From the NCBI GenBank assembly GCA_951406725.2, contig OX597820.1:79112001-79176000 (forward strand): a stretch of DNA of 64,000 bases. Reading direction: 5' to 3'. This document shows, piece by piece, positions 39,322 to 52,078 of the stretch (position 1 is its first letter; each line of letters opens with the position of its first letter). The notes beneath the pieces are model-generated. The model was not told the DNA's origin. It did not search any database and saw only the letters and a program-made list of their open reading frames with translations. Position numbers and translations under genes: made by a program. This stretch comes from Octopus vulgaris. Its lineage: Eukaryota.

Positions 39322-40157
39322 CTGAAATAAGCAAGAGAGAATCAAATTTGTTTATATAGAAAGATGCAGCTGTTTGGTAAGTAGCTTGCTTCCGAACCAC
39401 AAGATTCCAGGTTCAGCCCCACTGCGTGGCACCTTGGACAAGTGTCTTCTGCTATAGCCTCAGGCCGACCAAAGCCTTGTGAGTGGATTTGGTAGATAGA
39501 AACTGAAAGAAGCTCATCATATATATATATATGTATGTATGAATGTGTGTATGTCTGTGTTTATATCCCCAACATTGCTTGTCAAGCAATGTTGGTGTGT
39601 TTATGTCCCCATAAGTTAGCAGTTCGGCAAAAGAGACTGATAGAATAAGTACTAGGCTTACGAAGAATAAGTCCTGGGAGGTCAATTTGTTTGACTAAAG
39701 GCAGTGCTCCAGCATGGCCGCAGTCAAATGACTGAAACAAATAAAGGAATAAAAAAAATAGTAAACAGTCTTGATAAAAAAAAGACATTAAGAAAAAAAG
39801 GTCTGATCTTCAGCAGGATGGCTGGGGGGTTAAGAAGCTCACTTTGAAACCATGTGCTTTTGGGTTCAGTCCCACTGCACAGTACCCTGGCAAGTGTCTT
39901 CTACTGACCAATGCCTTGTGAATGAATCTAGAAGAAACCAATCAAGTGTATATGCATGTGTTTGTGTTTATCTGTCACACAACCCCTTCCACTAACTCAG
40001 TAACCAGTGTTGGTTTGTTTACATTCCCATAGCTTTGTGATTCAGCAAAAGAGACTGATGGAAAAATTACCAAACTTAGAAAAAGCAAAAATAAAAAAAA
40101 AAAAAAAAAATAATTTTAATTCCTGGAGTTGATTTGTTTTAACTAAAAACCTTGCAG

Positions 40158-40596
40158 AGATTGAATGACCCAATCCAAATTTCTCTGTTAGTTCGTTAAC
40201 AGTTATGATGGGATTTTGTTTCACCAGGGTTTGCAGAATATCCTTGTCGAGCTCTACAGATCTTCCAGGATGAGGCTCATCTTCTAGGCTGTAGTTTCCG
40301 GCTCAGAATTTCTGCAACCACCATTGACACTGGCTTATGCTTATTGACCGATCACCATATACTACATTTTAAAAAATATTCCTCACACTTTCTGTTGCAT
40401 TGTTGCCTTTATTGAACTCATAAAGCAAAATATGCTCAATATGCTCCTTTGTCACTTCCATTATAGCTTTGAAAAAATAACTGTTAAAATCAAACTGCAC
40501 TCTTCAAAGCAAGTTGATGCAAATAGTTTATCCCGTCCCCTTCCGACTTTTAGTTCATGCAATTGAAAAAACTGCATTATTTATGGGATGATCCAA
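40158..40596 (-). mobile_element. Mariner 5' fragment with TIR and decayed transposase N-terminus
   Basis: TA|ttggatcatcccataaataatgc terminus. From ATG 40461: MEVTKEHIEHILLYEFNKGNNATES...WLQKF*AGNYSLEDEPHPGRS. Confidence 0.85.
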
Positions 40597-42430
40597 TATA
40601 ATGTGTACACACAAACATACACACACACCACCATCATCATCGTCGTCGTCATTTAACATATGCTTTCCATGTTGGCATGGGTTGGACAGTTTGACTGAGG
40701 GCTGGTGAGCCAGAAGGCTGCACCAGACTCCAATCTGATCTGGCAAAGTTTCTACAGCTGGATGCCATTCCTAATGCCAACCACTCCAAGAGTGTAGTGG
40801 GTGCACTAGAATAGACAAAGGACTCTAATGCTTCATCAGTTATTGACCGAAAATACTAATATCCAGTTTCGTGCCTTTAACGATAAGACTGGGAACTTCA
40901 TATAATGGCAGCACCTGCAAAATTTGCATAGAATTAGGGGTCAAGCAAACAAAACAATACAAGGTGGACATATAAAAGTAAACAAATGTAATTTGAAATG
41001 ATAGACGAAGACAATAAATAATGCCTGATTTTATATATATGTATATATATACACACACACGCATACAAAGGGCTTCTTCCAGTCTCCATCTACCAAATCC
41101 AGTCAAAGGCCTTGGTAAAGTAAAAGACATTTGCCCAAAGTGTCACACAATGGGACTGAACCCATGACCAAGCAGTTAGGACACAAGCTTCTTAACCACA
41201 CAGCTGTATTAATCTTTTTTTTTCCCTTTCAGATCTATGAACTTATAAAGGAATGATGGTCTCTAAACCCCAAAATCTGCTCTTAAACTTTTGCAAGTCA
41301 TTTCATTAATTAGAACACCTCATTTCACTGATTAGTTTCAGAACATCTTATACTTAATTACTGATTTAACGGATACGTCTATCACGTGTTAGAGATGCGA
41401 AGATAAGGTGGTTATTCAACTTTGGAGAAATTGTGAGAAATTTCCACTGATTAGTAAATCTTCACCATTCCTACATCACTTCTTTCTTTCAGGCTGACAT
41501 GTCTGACCAAACACGATGGTAAAGGAGAGTGGGGAGGGGGCACTGAGGGGAGGATGAGAATGGCTTGGAAACAGAAAAAATGATGATACTGTCATTATAG
41601 ATAATATTGTTTACACTGATGATGTCATCTTGACTGATGGTCATAATGGCATTTTGATGATGGTGGTGATGATGATAATGATGATGATGATGAGGAGGAG
41701 GAAGAGGAGGAGGGTGACGATGACAATGCCTATGTTGATCTATTTGAGAATGATAATTTTGTTCAATGATGTTGTGGGGGATAAATTTCAAGTTTGATTA
41801 TAACATTCTTTTATAACAGTGATCTTGCTGTTGATGATAGTGATGATGATGATGATGATGATGATGAGCTTGATGAGATAATGTATTTAACTACCTATTG
41901 GATGATGATGATGATGGTGGTGGTGATATTTTTGATTATGCTTATGCTCCTGCCACTCCATTTCTCACTCTCTTTCTCTCTACCATTCATTATTGATATC
42001 TAGCATTTTCTTCTCACATCACTCTGTTATCTCTCCTTTCTTTTTTTCTTTTCCATTACGCCTCCTTCTTACTGAGCTGTCTCCCTCCTGTTACTCTCTC
42101 CCTTCCCCATCACAACAGTTTTCTACTGTTTCTATTCAACCTCATTACCAACAACTGTCATATAACCATCTATCATTCTCTCTCTCTCTTCCATTACTCT
42201 TGTATTGCCCACTTGCACCTATCACTCTGGATTTCTTCCATCTCCCTCCCATCATATCTGTCTTCTATTACTCTCTTGCTGCAATCACCCTGGTTATATT
42301 TGGTTAGATCTACAGTTTGGTACTTATTCTATCAGACTCCTTTGCTGAATCTCTAGGTTATGGGGATGTAAACAAACCAACACCAGTTGTCAGGCAGTGG
42401 TGGGACACACAAATACACACACACAATATG

Positions 42431-42812
42431 CTTGCAACTTCTACTTCCTCTAAGCGATTAGATTCAGTCATCTTCTCTGGGCCATCAGAGAACGCACCGA
42501 CGATGGCACAGAACACCACCGTGCTTAAGTGGACTCATCGGCCAGATCTGAGGATCTCACCAGACTATTTAATCGGTAGTAGCAACAGGTGGTGTGTACA
42601 AAGGGCAGGAATGTGATCGACACGGGCTGATGACCCACACCTACCAGGAATTCCTTGTTTGTGGGGTTGGTTCCAGGCCCTGATCCCTATCACAGGAGGT
42701 GGTTCAGAGGTTTCCTGACCCTCTCAAGCCAAGGGAAGTATGTTCTAAGGGCATCACAGACTTGTTAATGCTCCACCTCCTGCAGCTTTCTGCTACCTGT
42801 TCCTCTAAGAAG
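42431..42812 (-). pseudogene. Degenerate 18S rRNA 3' fragment
   Basis: Reverse complements of conserved SSU segments in the correct order: ctacttcctctaa (3' terminal region), aatcggtagtagcaacaggtggtgtgtacaaagggcagg (cf. GACGGGCGGTGTGTAC), tctaagggcatcacagacttgttaatgctc, cctctaagaag. Confidence 0.85.
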
Positions 42813-43066
42813 CATTGCGTTCTCCAACTGACTGGCCTGGATGTGATGGCATGCCACTGCTGGGCTCGCACAAGCCAAGCTGACCAGGTCACGGCTGCCA
42901 CTCCAGAACTGACAGCCCCATGAGGGGGCAGCAGAAATTGTGGGGAAAGAAAATGGATGGATGGATTCCATAGAAGGAGTGTATAGCTACTGGCTGGTTA
43001 TAAATAAACCACTGATTCAATTTAAACAAGCATAATGGTTCTTTAAACCATTCTTATCAAACTTAC

Positions 43067-43235
43067 TGTACTTTTCTTTGATGTAATTCTCAACTTGCAG
43101 TATTAGAACCTGCTTGTAGTTTTGCACAGCCACATCAATAAGATCTTCAATCACAAGAATCTGAGTACCATCCTCTGTATACATAGCACGAGCAACATTT
43201 GTCAGTCCAAGACTTTGTGTACATTGTGACAACAG
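43067..43235 (-). CDS. DCDC1: DCDC1-like exon, end of the DCX-like domain
   Basis: Acceptor ctcttgtttcag, donor gtaagt. 169 nt, phase 0->1, LLSQCTQSLGLTNVARAMYTEDGTQILVIEDL..., matching the DCX pattern LL..CT..L.L...R..YT.DG. Confidence 0.9.
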
Positions 43236-43331
43236 CTGAAACAAGAGAACAGACATTGGTAAATAAGATTGTGTGTGAGTATGTGAGTACCATCATTTTA
43301 AACTATGATTAATTGAATACAAACATACATA

Positions 43332-43367
<36 letters not shown>

Positions 43368-43624
43368 ATACAGAAGTTTGCTGGAAGGAATGCCACATAA
43401 CCAAAATTAATTTTCACTGAGAATACCAAGGAAGTAACTCAACTGTATTATGCAATATGGCCAAATTGAGTTGTGTAATAATAACAGATGGTTTACTGAA
43501 ACACATGTAGGTTTTCTAAAACTTAAAATACCAATCACAACATTTTCTGTGGTTATTATACTAACTTATATATCTTATATATATGTGTGTGTGTGTATAC
43601 ATATATATACACACTCACTACATA

Positions 43625-44207
43625 CACAGACATGCAGGAAGTAAATAGACACCTTTAATTTTCAAAATTTCTGATTTAAGCATCTTAATATGTTTTCAGC
43701 AGTGTAGAATTTACAATGTAATTATTCTTTTTCATTCCAGGTGCTATTATATTAAACATTTCTGAAGAGTAACCATGTCACGCACAAAAAATTCAGCAGA
43801 ACTGTCAAATTTTCAAAGAGGTTGTATCGTTGGGCAATGTGAGGCTGGTGTTAACCAGCAAAAAATTGCCAAAAATCTTCAAATTCCTCTTGCTACTGTT
43901 AATAGAATTATAGTGCAATTCAAAAGCCAAGGAAAAGAATCAACAGATTCTCGCCCCAGCTGACCTGGTCCCTCAGAAAGAAAGCTTCGCAGTTTGAAGA
44001 GAATTGTGGAAAAGAACCCTGTTCGAAGGCTTCTGACATTGCAAAACGGCTAGAAGTTAGTCCAAGAACATGTGTTCTTGGACTAACTTACTTGGTTGAA
44101 GGAGAGATACATAGCTTATGTAGCTATATATCTCTCCTTCAACCAATTAATATCAAATAAAAGATTTTGAAAATTAAAAGTGTCTATTTATTTCCTGCAT
44201 GTCTGTG
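43625..44207 (+). mobile_element. Internally deleted Tc1-like transposon
   Basis: About 45-bp TIRs cacagacatgcaggaa(g/a)taaatagacac..., TA on both sides. ORF 43775-43963 [20 protein letters not shown]...[16 protein letters not shown] is a Tc1 HTH; no DDE domain. Confidence 0.9.
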
Positions 44208-44273
44208 TATATATTAATCAAAGTATACAGTATTAAAGATCTTTACAGCCAATCATAACAATTGGTTTTGCAC

Positions 44274-44304
44274 CAGTCTGGATACTTATTGATCAGACCA
44301 TGTA
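44274..44304. mobile_element. Solo mariner TIR, same family as the 9525 element
   Basis: cagtctggatacttattgatcagaccatg|ta is the near reverse complement of the 9525 terminus. Confidence 0.7.
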
Positions 44305-45558
44305 CACACACACACACACACATATACCATCCTCATCTTCATATAACATATGTCTTCCATGGTGGTATGGAGTAGATAGTTCAACAGGATCTGATGGGCC
44401 AAAGGACTGTCAGGCTCCAATGTTTGCTTTGACATGTTTTTTATAACTGTCTGCCCTTCCAAGTACCAACATTTTGCAGAGTGTACTGGTTTTTTTTTAT
44501 GTGGCATGAGCATTGGTGAGTCACCAAGTAAGCCGTAAAACAAGATCCCTCAAATGCATGGTGAGGGGTGTAGTATTGATGGTGATGGCTTTGTGCAAGG
44601 CTTTGAAGGGCTGAAATATGACAGAGGAAAAGAACAGGTGTCATGTGGTAGAAGAAATATGTATATGTCTGTATATATATATACATCTGAGCATGATCAT
44701 TGCCAGGGCTGCAGACTGGCTCCCGTACCAGTGGCACGTAAAAAGCACCGTTCGAGTGTAATCATTGCCAGTGTCAACTTAATGGCACATTTGAGTGTGG
44801 TCATTGCCAGTGCCGCCAGACTGGCTCCATTGCAGGTTGCATGTAAAAAACACCTTTTGAGCATGGTCATTGCCAGAACTGCCTGAGTGGCCTTCGTGCT
44901 GGTGGAACATAAAAGCACCCACTACACTCTTGGAGTGGTTGACGTTAGGAAGGGCATGAAGCTGTAGAAACCTTACCTGATCAGATTGGAGCCTGGTGCA
45001 GTGCAGCCTTCTGGCTCACCAGTCTTCAGTCAAACTATCCAATCCATCCCAGCATGGAAAGCAGGTGTTAAACGACAACAATGATGATGTTAATGTATAA
45101 AACGATAGTGGTGATGAGGTGTGAGGGCATACCCTCAAGGTACAAGAAGGTGAGTAAAAGGGAACATAGGGACAGAGGATTGAAAAGAATGTGTGAGTAA
45201 GTTCATGAGTATGTGAAAGGAGAGCGACTGATATTTAAGGGATGCAGTGAACAAGGGTGGAGGTATGGTTAGTGGTGAATATCAGTTTGGGGAGGAGGTG
45301 GAGGAAATGGAAATGGGTTAAGGGACAGGTGGTGGTAAATGGTTGTACAAAAGGCAAGTGGAGAGCAGCAGTAAAATAAATATGATGAGAAGTGCAAGGA
45401 GAGAGAGTAAGATATGCAGTGACAGAGATACAAAAGGGTGGATATAGAAAGTGATAATTAAAGGTGAATGTGCACATCATGACAGATATGAGAGGGTGTT
45501 AAGGCAAAAAAATAACATTAAAAAAAGACAACAAAAATTGAGTCTGGTGATGACTTAC

Positions 45559-45821
45559 ACCTTCCAAAGTAGATCCAATCACTAAATGACCACTATGAAG
45601 TCGACCATCGCCATTCTTATAAGCTATCAATTTGATGACCTTCACATTTTGAGCTGTTGATAGTTCTTTGCCAATTGTATGAACACTGGTTTCTTCACGA
45701 AGATTTGATAATTTTTCTTCCCAGCGATGAAGTGTTAATAAAGCTTCATGAGTTGATAGATCTACTTTACCATTTAGTACCTGGAAACTTCCATAAAGCT
45801 TTCTGCTCTCCAAATCTTTAT
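45559..45821 (-). CDS. DCDC1: DCDC1-like exon, start of a DCX-like domain
   Basis: Acceptor atatttcag, donor gtaagt. 263 nt, phase 1->0, DKDLESRKLYGSFQVLNGKVDLSTHEA...VIKLIAYKNGDGRLHSGHLVIGSTLEG. The xAYKNGD motif resembles the DCX-domain start. Confidence 0.9.
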
Positions 45822-46618
45822 CTGAAATATTATAGGAAACATGTAGTAACCCAATGATTGTTCCACTTGAAACAACATTATTATTGTTGTACTCAACAAT
45901 AACTGACACCATTATTATTCCCCAGTTGCAATATAAAATAAATCAAAACTGAAAATCTAAAGCAATTTGATGTGTGAATCATCATTGTTATTGAGTTAAT
46001 GTCCATGCTTGCCAAAGTAGATTCTCTATGGCTGGATACTCTTCTTGCCAACCTTTAGCTGTTTCCAAGTAAAATAACATTTCTTTAAGATCTGATATGT
46101 TTTCACCAAATATTGGAAACAAACGACAACTCTTGTATGACTGTGACACTCATTGACAAGTATAATGTGAGGTCAAGGCAAGGAGACAGTAACACACACA
46201 CATGCACATGTGCACACACACACATGCACATGTGCACACACACACATATATCATCATCATTATCATCATCGTTTAACGTCCGTTTTTCTGTGCTAGCATG
46301 GGTTGGACATTGAAGCAAGGTCACTGCCAGTGCCGCTGGACTGGCTCTTGTGCAGGTGGCACACAAAAGTCACCATTTGAGCGTGGCCGTTGCCAGAACT
46401 GGTTGAGTGGTTCTCGTACTGGTGACATGTAAAAGCACCCACTACACTCTCGGAGTGGTTGGCATTAGGAAAGGCATCCAGCTGTAGAAACTCTGCCAGA
46501 TCAGATTGGAGTCTGGTGCAGCCATCTGGTTCCCCAGTCCTCAGTCAAATCGTCCAACCCATGCCAGCATGGAAAGCAGACGTTAAACAACGATGATGAT
46601 GATATATATATGTGTATG

Positions 46619-46693
<75 letters not shown>

Positions 46694-47973
46694 GTAAGTA
46701 TGACAGGCTTCTTTTAATTTCCATTTACCAAATCCACTCACAAGATTTTGAGAAGTATGGAGCTACAATAGAAGACCTTAGTCCAAGGTGCCACACAGTG
46801 GGACTGAACCTAAAACCAACCATGTAATTGGGAAGCAAACATCTCAACACACAACCATGCCTGCACCTGAATGTTAACAAAAAATTGGAAATGTTCTGTA
46901 ACTTTTAAAAGGTCATTAGGTCACAGATAAGACTATTTGATGCAAGTAAGCAGCTATCTGCATATTTAATACATAGAATAGTAAATAAGAAAACAAAAAG
47001 TTAATGTAGAATCAGAGAGAAGTATACACTTGACTCTAATAAATATTATTTATTCACGTTTCTAGTAGCAACAACAGACTTGTTTCTGCTTCATTGAACA
47101 TCTTCAGCAAAGTGCAGCCTGTAATTTGTTGAAGTGTTGGAAAATGAACAATGCGGTAAATACATAAAAATGTAAAGAAAACTTATTAGAGCATAAAAAT
47201 AAAATTTGTTCAGAAATTAGATATATCTGTGACACCATCCACATAACAATATGCAATGATCCGCATGAAACAAAGACACGAGTTCTCGTCTCATGTAATT
47301 GCTCGAATAATGTAAAAAAAATTAGTCACAGAAAAAGTGTTATTGTTTTTTGGTTGTTTTTTTTCCTCACTGAATATTATTTGGCTTTTGCTTTCTGTCT
47401 TTTTGTATTCTAAATCAGTTAGGTGTGGCTGTGCGGTTAAGAAGCTTGTTTCCCAACCATACGGTTTCAGGTTCAGTCCTACTGCATGGCCCCATGGAGC
47501 AAGTGTCTGCTACTATACAGCCCAAAGCTGATCACAGCATTGGGAGTGGTTTTGATAGATGAAAACTATAAGACACATGCTCTCTTTCTTTCTTTTCTCT
47601 CTTTCTTTCCTTCTTTCTTTCTCTCTCTCTCCTTTTATTCTTTTATTTGTTTCAGTCATTTGACTGTAACCATGCTGGAGCATCGATTTTAGTCGAATAA
47701 ATCAACCCCAGCACTTATTCTTTGTAAGCCTAGTACATATTCTATCGGTCTCTTTTGCCGAACTGCTAAGTTACTGGGACATAAACATACCACCATCAGT
47801 TGATAAACAGCACTGTCTTTAAAATATTGATTTCTAATTTAGGCACAAGGCCAGCAATTTTCAGAGAGGAGTAAGTCAATTACATTGACCCCTAGCAATC
47901 AACTGGTACTTATTTCATTGACCTTGAAAGAATGAAAAGCAAAGATGTTGGGGGGACAAACACAAACACATAA

Positions 47974-48030
<57 letters not shown>

Positions 48031-48874
48031 ACAGACTTCTTTCAGTTTCTTTCTACCAAATCCACTCACAAGGCTTTGGTCAGCCCGAGGCTATAATAGA
48101 GGACACTTTCCCAAGTGGCCACACAGTAGGACTGAACCCAGTCCTACTGGTTGGGAAGCAAGCTACTTACCACACAGCCATTTCTGCACCTGTAATATAT
48201 ACACACACACACACTTCACATCATAGTGAAGAGATGACACAATATCAGTAAAGCAATTTGAGAAATTTGAAAAGAAAATACAAAACTGGTTATTTCTCCA
48301 AAAACAATGTTACTATACACAAAATTTTATAACATTTCTAACATAAACGATTTAAATATTTTCTTTAACCATATAACACAAGTCTTCTGTAGTTTTTTCA
48401 CTTTATTTTGTCTTTTATACATCCAACCATGTGCTTTCACATACCAACTCTCTCACCTATATATCTATATCTATCTATCTATCTATATATATATAATTTT
48501 ACTTTACTTACTACTGACACATTTTCAGTTATAATGATGATGAGGGTTCCAGTTGATCTGATCAACAGAAGAGCCTGCTCGTGAAATTAACATGGAAGTG
48601 GCTGAGCACTCCACAGACACATGTACCTTTAATGTAATTCTCAGGGAGATTTAGTGGGACACTGAATATGACAAGGTTGGCCCTTTGAATTACAGGTACA
48701 ACGCATTTTTGCTGAGTGAACTGGAGCAATGTGAAATAAAGTGTCTTGCTCAAGAACAGTGTGCTGCTGGGAATTGAACTCATGACCTTATGACTGTGAG
48801 CTGAAGACCCTAACCACTAAGCCATGTGCCTTCACACACACACACACAGGATAAACACAAATGGATTTTAAAAG

Positions 48875-48954
48875 TCACGACAGCTGTTTCGGTAAAATTT
48901 TATTGATGCCTTCATAGATTACATCATAGCATACAATCCACCATCTTCAGGTAA
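48875..48954 (-). ncRNA. Type-I minimal hammerhead ribozyme motif in a DCDC1 intron
   Basis: Minus strand reads TTAC-CTGAAGA-T-GGT...ACC-GAAA-CAGCTG-TC-GTGA. Palindromic stem III, GUC site, one extra U after the core. Confidence 0.6.
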
Positions 48955-50587
48955 AAATTTTCAACGGGTGTAAACAGGTGAGATAAAACCTTGATGATGA
49001 TAAATCCAGCTAATTGCTTTCTTTTAGTAAAAGTTACATATTTCAAACTAATTGATAAGCAATTTTCTTTATTATAGATAGTTACAGAGAAGCAGTTATA
49101 AAAACATATTAATTAAGCAAAAACTAAACAGGGAAATCAGGGAAGTGAGTGATTCTTCAAAAAAATCTCTTTTGATAAACACAGCACTCTCTTTAAAATA
49201 TTGATTTCTAATTTAGGTGCAAGGCCAGCAATTTTTGGGAAGGAGTAAGTCAATTACATTGACCCCAGCAATTAACTGGTACTTATTCCATTCACCTTGA
49301 AAGAATGAAAAGCAAAGTCAACTGTGGCGGAATTTGAACTCAGAACATAAAAGGTGAATGAATTACCGCTAAGCATTTTTCCTGGCATGCTAACAATTCT
49401 GCCAGCTTGCTGCCTTTACTGTCTTTAAAAATATTCTTTTCTACTCTAGGCACAAGGCCCAAAATTTTTTTATAGTGGGGGTAGTCGATTAGATCTACCC
49501 CAGTATGTAACTGGTACTTAATTTATTGATCCTGAAAGGATGAAAGGCAAAGTTGACCTTGGCGGAATTTGAACTCAGAATGTAAAGACAGACGAAATAC
49601 TGCTAAGCATTTCACCCGGTGTGCTAACATTTCAGCCATATCACCACCTTACTGTCTTAAAATATGTTGTTAATATTTTAAAAAATATTAAACAAAACAT
49701 TTTAACCCTTTCGTTACCAACATAGCTGAAACTGACTCTGCCTTGTTTTCATAAGTTTTGAATTAAAATATTCCACCAAACCTTAGACACAATTTATGTT
49801 CCTAACACCAGCTGAATGATAACTAAGTTATTTTACTAAATTCTTTGTTATATTTAAAATTAATTGAAAGAAACACAGAACACCTCAAAATAAATACAGT
49901 CATGAAAGGGTTAAGACAGCAAGATTTACAATAAAAATGGGAAAGATCAGCAAATGAGGATAAACTTTATTTAGACACCAGTCATTGTGGATTTACAATA
50001 TTGTGGGGGTGGGGGATGTGATATCTGATTGATTACTTCAAAAACCATTGGTCTGGTTTATCAAAGATGACCAAAGTTGGTCAAGCAATAATGATGAATT
50101 TGAAAAATTAAAGTTGTATTAATCAATGATTAATATCTTTAATTTTATCTCGCTTCAAATTCATTTTGGCTCTTTTAATGCTTCACATTAAATTTGACCA
50201 AAGTGTTTCAGAATAACAACTACTATTGCTGCTGCTAAGACTACTACTACTACTACTACTAGTTGTCTCTCTTGCACACCACATTTGAGGCTTCTTAATA
50301 ATTATAATAACACTAATAATAATAATAATAATAATAATGATAATTCTTTCTATTAAAAGCAGAAGGCCTGGAATTTGTTGGGGAGGGGACTTGTCGATTA
50401 TATTGACCAGTGTTTTACTGGTGCTTAATTTATTGACCCTGAAAGGATGAAAGGCAAAATTGATCTCGGCAGAATTTGAACTCAGAATGTAGCAACAAGT
50501 GACATACCACTAAGCATTTCATTCAGCATGCTAACAATTTTGTCAGCTTACCACCTTCTTAATAATAACAGTAATGATAATAATCAT

Positions 50588-51080
50588 GGACATTGTTTTG
50601 TTTTGGTATAAAAGATGGGCTACAGTAAATATTCTGCTCAATACCACAGATTTGCTTGTCAATTGTGTGACCGTAACCAGTTGAGCATGTCCCTTAGTGG
50701 CTGACGATATGTGCATCTCTGATCACGAGCAGAAGTAGTGAAGGAGCATCATAGCCATGTGTTGAGAGTAAGTCTTTGGGGTTTGAATAATTCACTTCTG
50801 GAAACATGGGTGATTCGTTCATTATCCTTAAACAACCCTTATTCAGGGACCTTTTGAGCTGGATAGGCTATTTGACCTGAAGTTAATTCTCACTGGCCTC
50901 CACCTGCAAGGTTGTGCTCTGATTATCATGATATGAGATCACAATATCACGCACATATGGTTGTGATGCATGTGTCTATTGTACCCTTATCAGACGGGTA
51001 GTCATGATGGGTATACTGGGCTTTCTATATTTTATCCCAGTATCACTTTGATGGCACACACTGCTCTCTCTCTCTCACTC
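50588..51080. mobile_element. Interspersed repeat embedded in (TAA)n, possibly a non-LTR fragment
   Basis: GC-richer block bounded by AAT repeats on both sides. No motif identified with certainty. Confidence 0.35.
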
Positions 51081-51299
51081 AATAATAATAATAATAATGG
51101 TTTCAAACACAAGGCCAGCAATTTGGTGGGGAGGGGTAAATTGACCCCCCAATGCTCAACTGGTACTTATTTTATCAACCCTGAAATAATGAAAGGCAAT
51201 GTTGGCCTCGGCAGAATTTGAATTCAGAACAGGCAAATGGACGAAATGAATCTAAGAATTTTGCCCGGCATGCTAATGATTCTGCCAGCCCACCACCTT

Positions 51300-51380
51300 A
51301 ACAACAACAACAACAAGAAGAAGAAGAAGAAGAAGAAGAAGAAGAAGAAGAAGAAGAAGAAGAAGAAGAAGAAGAAGAAG
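51300..51380. repeat. (AAC)n(AAG)n microsatellite
   Basis: Direct reading; explains the poly-K ORF. Confidence 0.95.
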
Positions 51381-51732
51381 AGCACTCAGAGAGTGCAAAC
51401 CTCTGCCAAGGCAACATCAATATCCTCTCAACAATTAGCTGGAGATGATTTTTAAAATGGGAATATCAATTGCTCTCAAAAGCGAGAATACTAAAAATGA
51501 ACCTGACCGCTCTCAAAAATTAAGTAAAAAAAAATGGAAAAATAATCCAGAATCCTTGTCCGGTATTGGATCAATCCCAAAATATAATCAGTTTGTGCCA
51601 GTCACAAGGCCAAACATCCCTGAAATTTTCATCTGAATCCATCCAACGGTTCTTGAGATATCTTGTCCATGGAAAACAAGCAAACAAACACAACTGAAAA
51701 CAATACCTCTGCCTTTGCTAAGGTGGTGGTAA
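51378..51732 (-). mobile_element. HINE/DINE-1-like (Helentron-associated) non-autonomous element. Related copies 52076-52274, 52330-52642, 53395-53678
   Basis: Terminal stem-loop gcactc-aga-gagtgc, subterminal acctctgcc (51399), and an opposite-end hairpin acctctgcc...ggtggtggt. Inserted in A-rich microsatellite with no clear TSD. Confidence 0.6.
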
Positions 51733-51945
51733 TAATTATTATTTCAAATTTTTGCCACAAGGGCAGCTAGGGGTGGAGGGGATTAAATTGATTACATCAA
51801 CCGCAGTGCGTAACTGGTACTTATTTAATCAACCCTGAAAGGCAAAGTTGACCTCAGCAGAATTTGAACTCAGAACATAAAGGCGAGAGAAATATTGTTA
51901 AGCATTTCTCCCAGTGTGCTAACAATTCTGTCAGCTCGCTGCCTT

Positions 51946-52006
51946 AATAATAATAATTATAATAATAATGATAATAATAATGATGATGGTGGTGGTGGTG
52001 GTGGTG

Positions 52007-52045
<39 letters not shown>

Positions 52046-52078
52046 CGACGACAACGACAACAACAACAACAACAACAA
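51946..52078. repeat. Compound trinucleotide repeat AAT-GAT-GGT-GAT-GAC-AAC
   Basis: Direct reading of the sequence. Confidence 0.95.

Noticed and set aside
41489-41960. His/Pro/Asp-rich ORFs (also poly-K 51237-51455 and poly-M/T 51895-52119)
   Set aside because: Degenerate trinucleotide microsatellites.
47075-47112. Hammerhead-like CTGAAGA...GAAA on the minus strand (similarly 59285-59320 and 24058-24085)
   Set aside because: No convincing stem III palindrome, cleavage triplet or stem I; at best decayed remnants.
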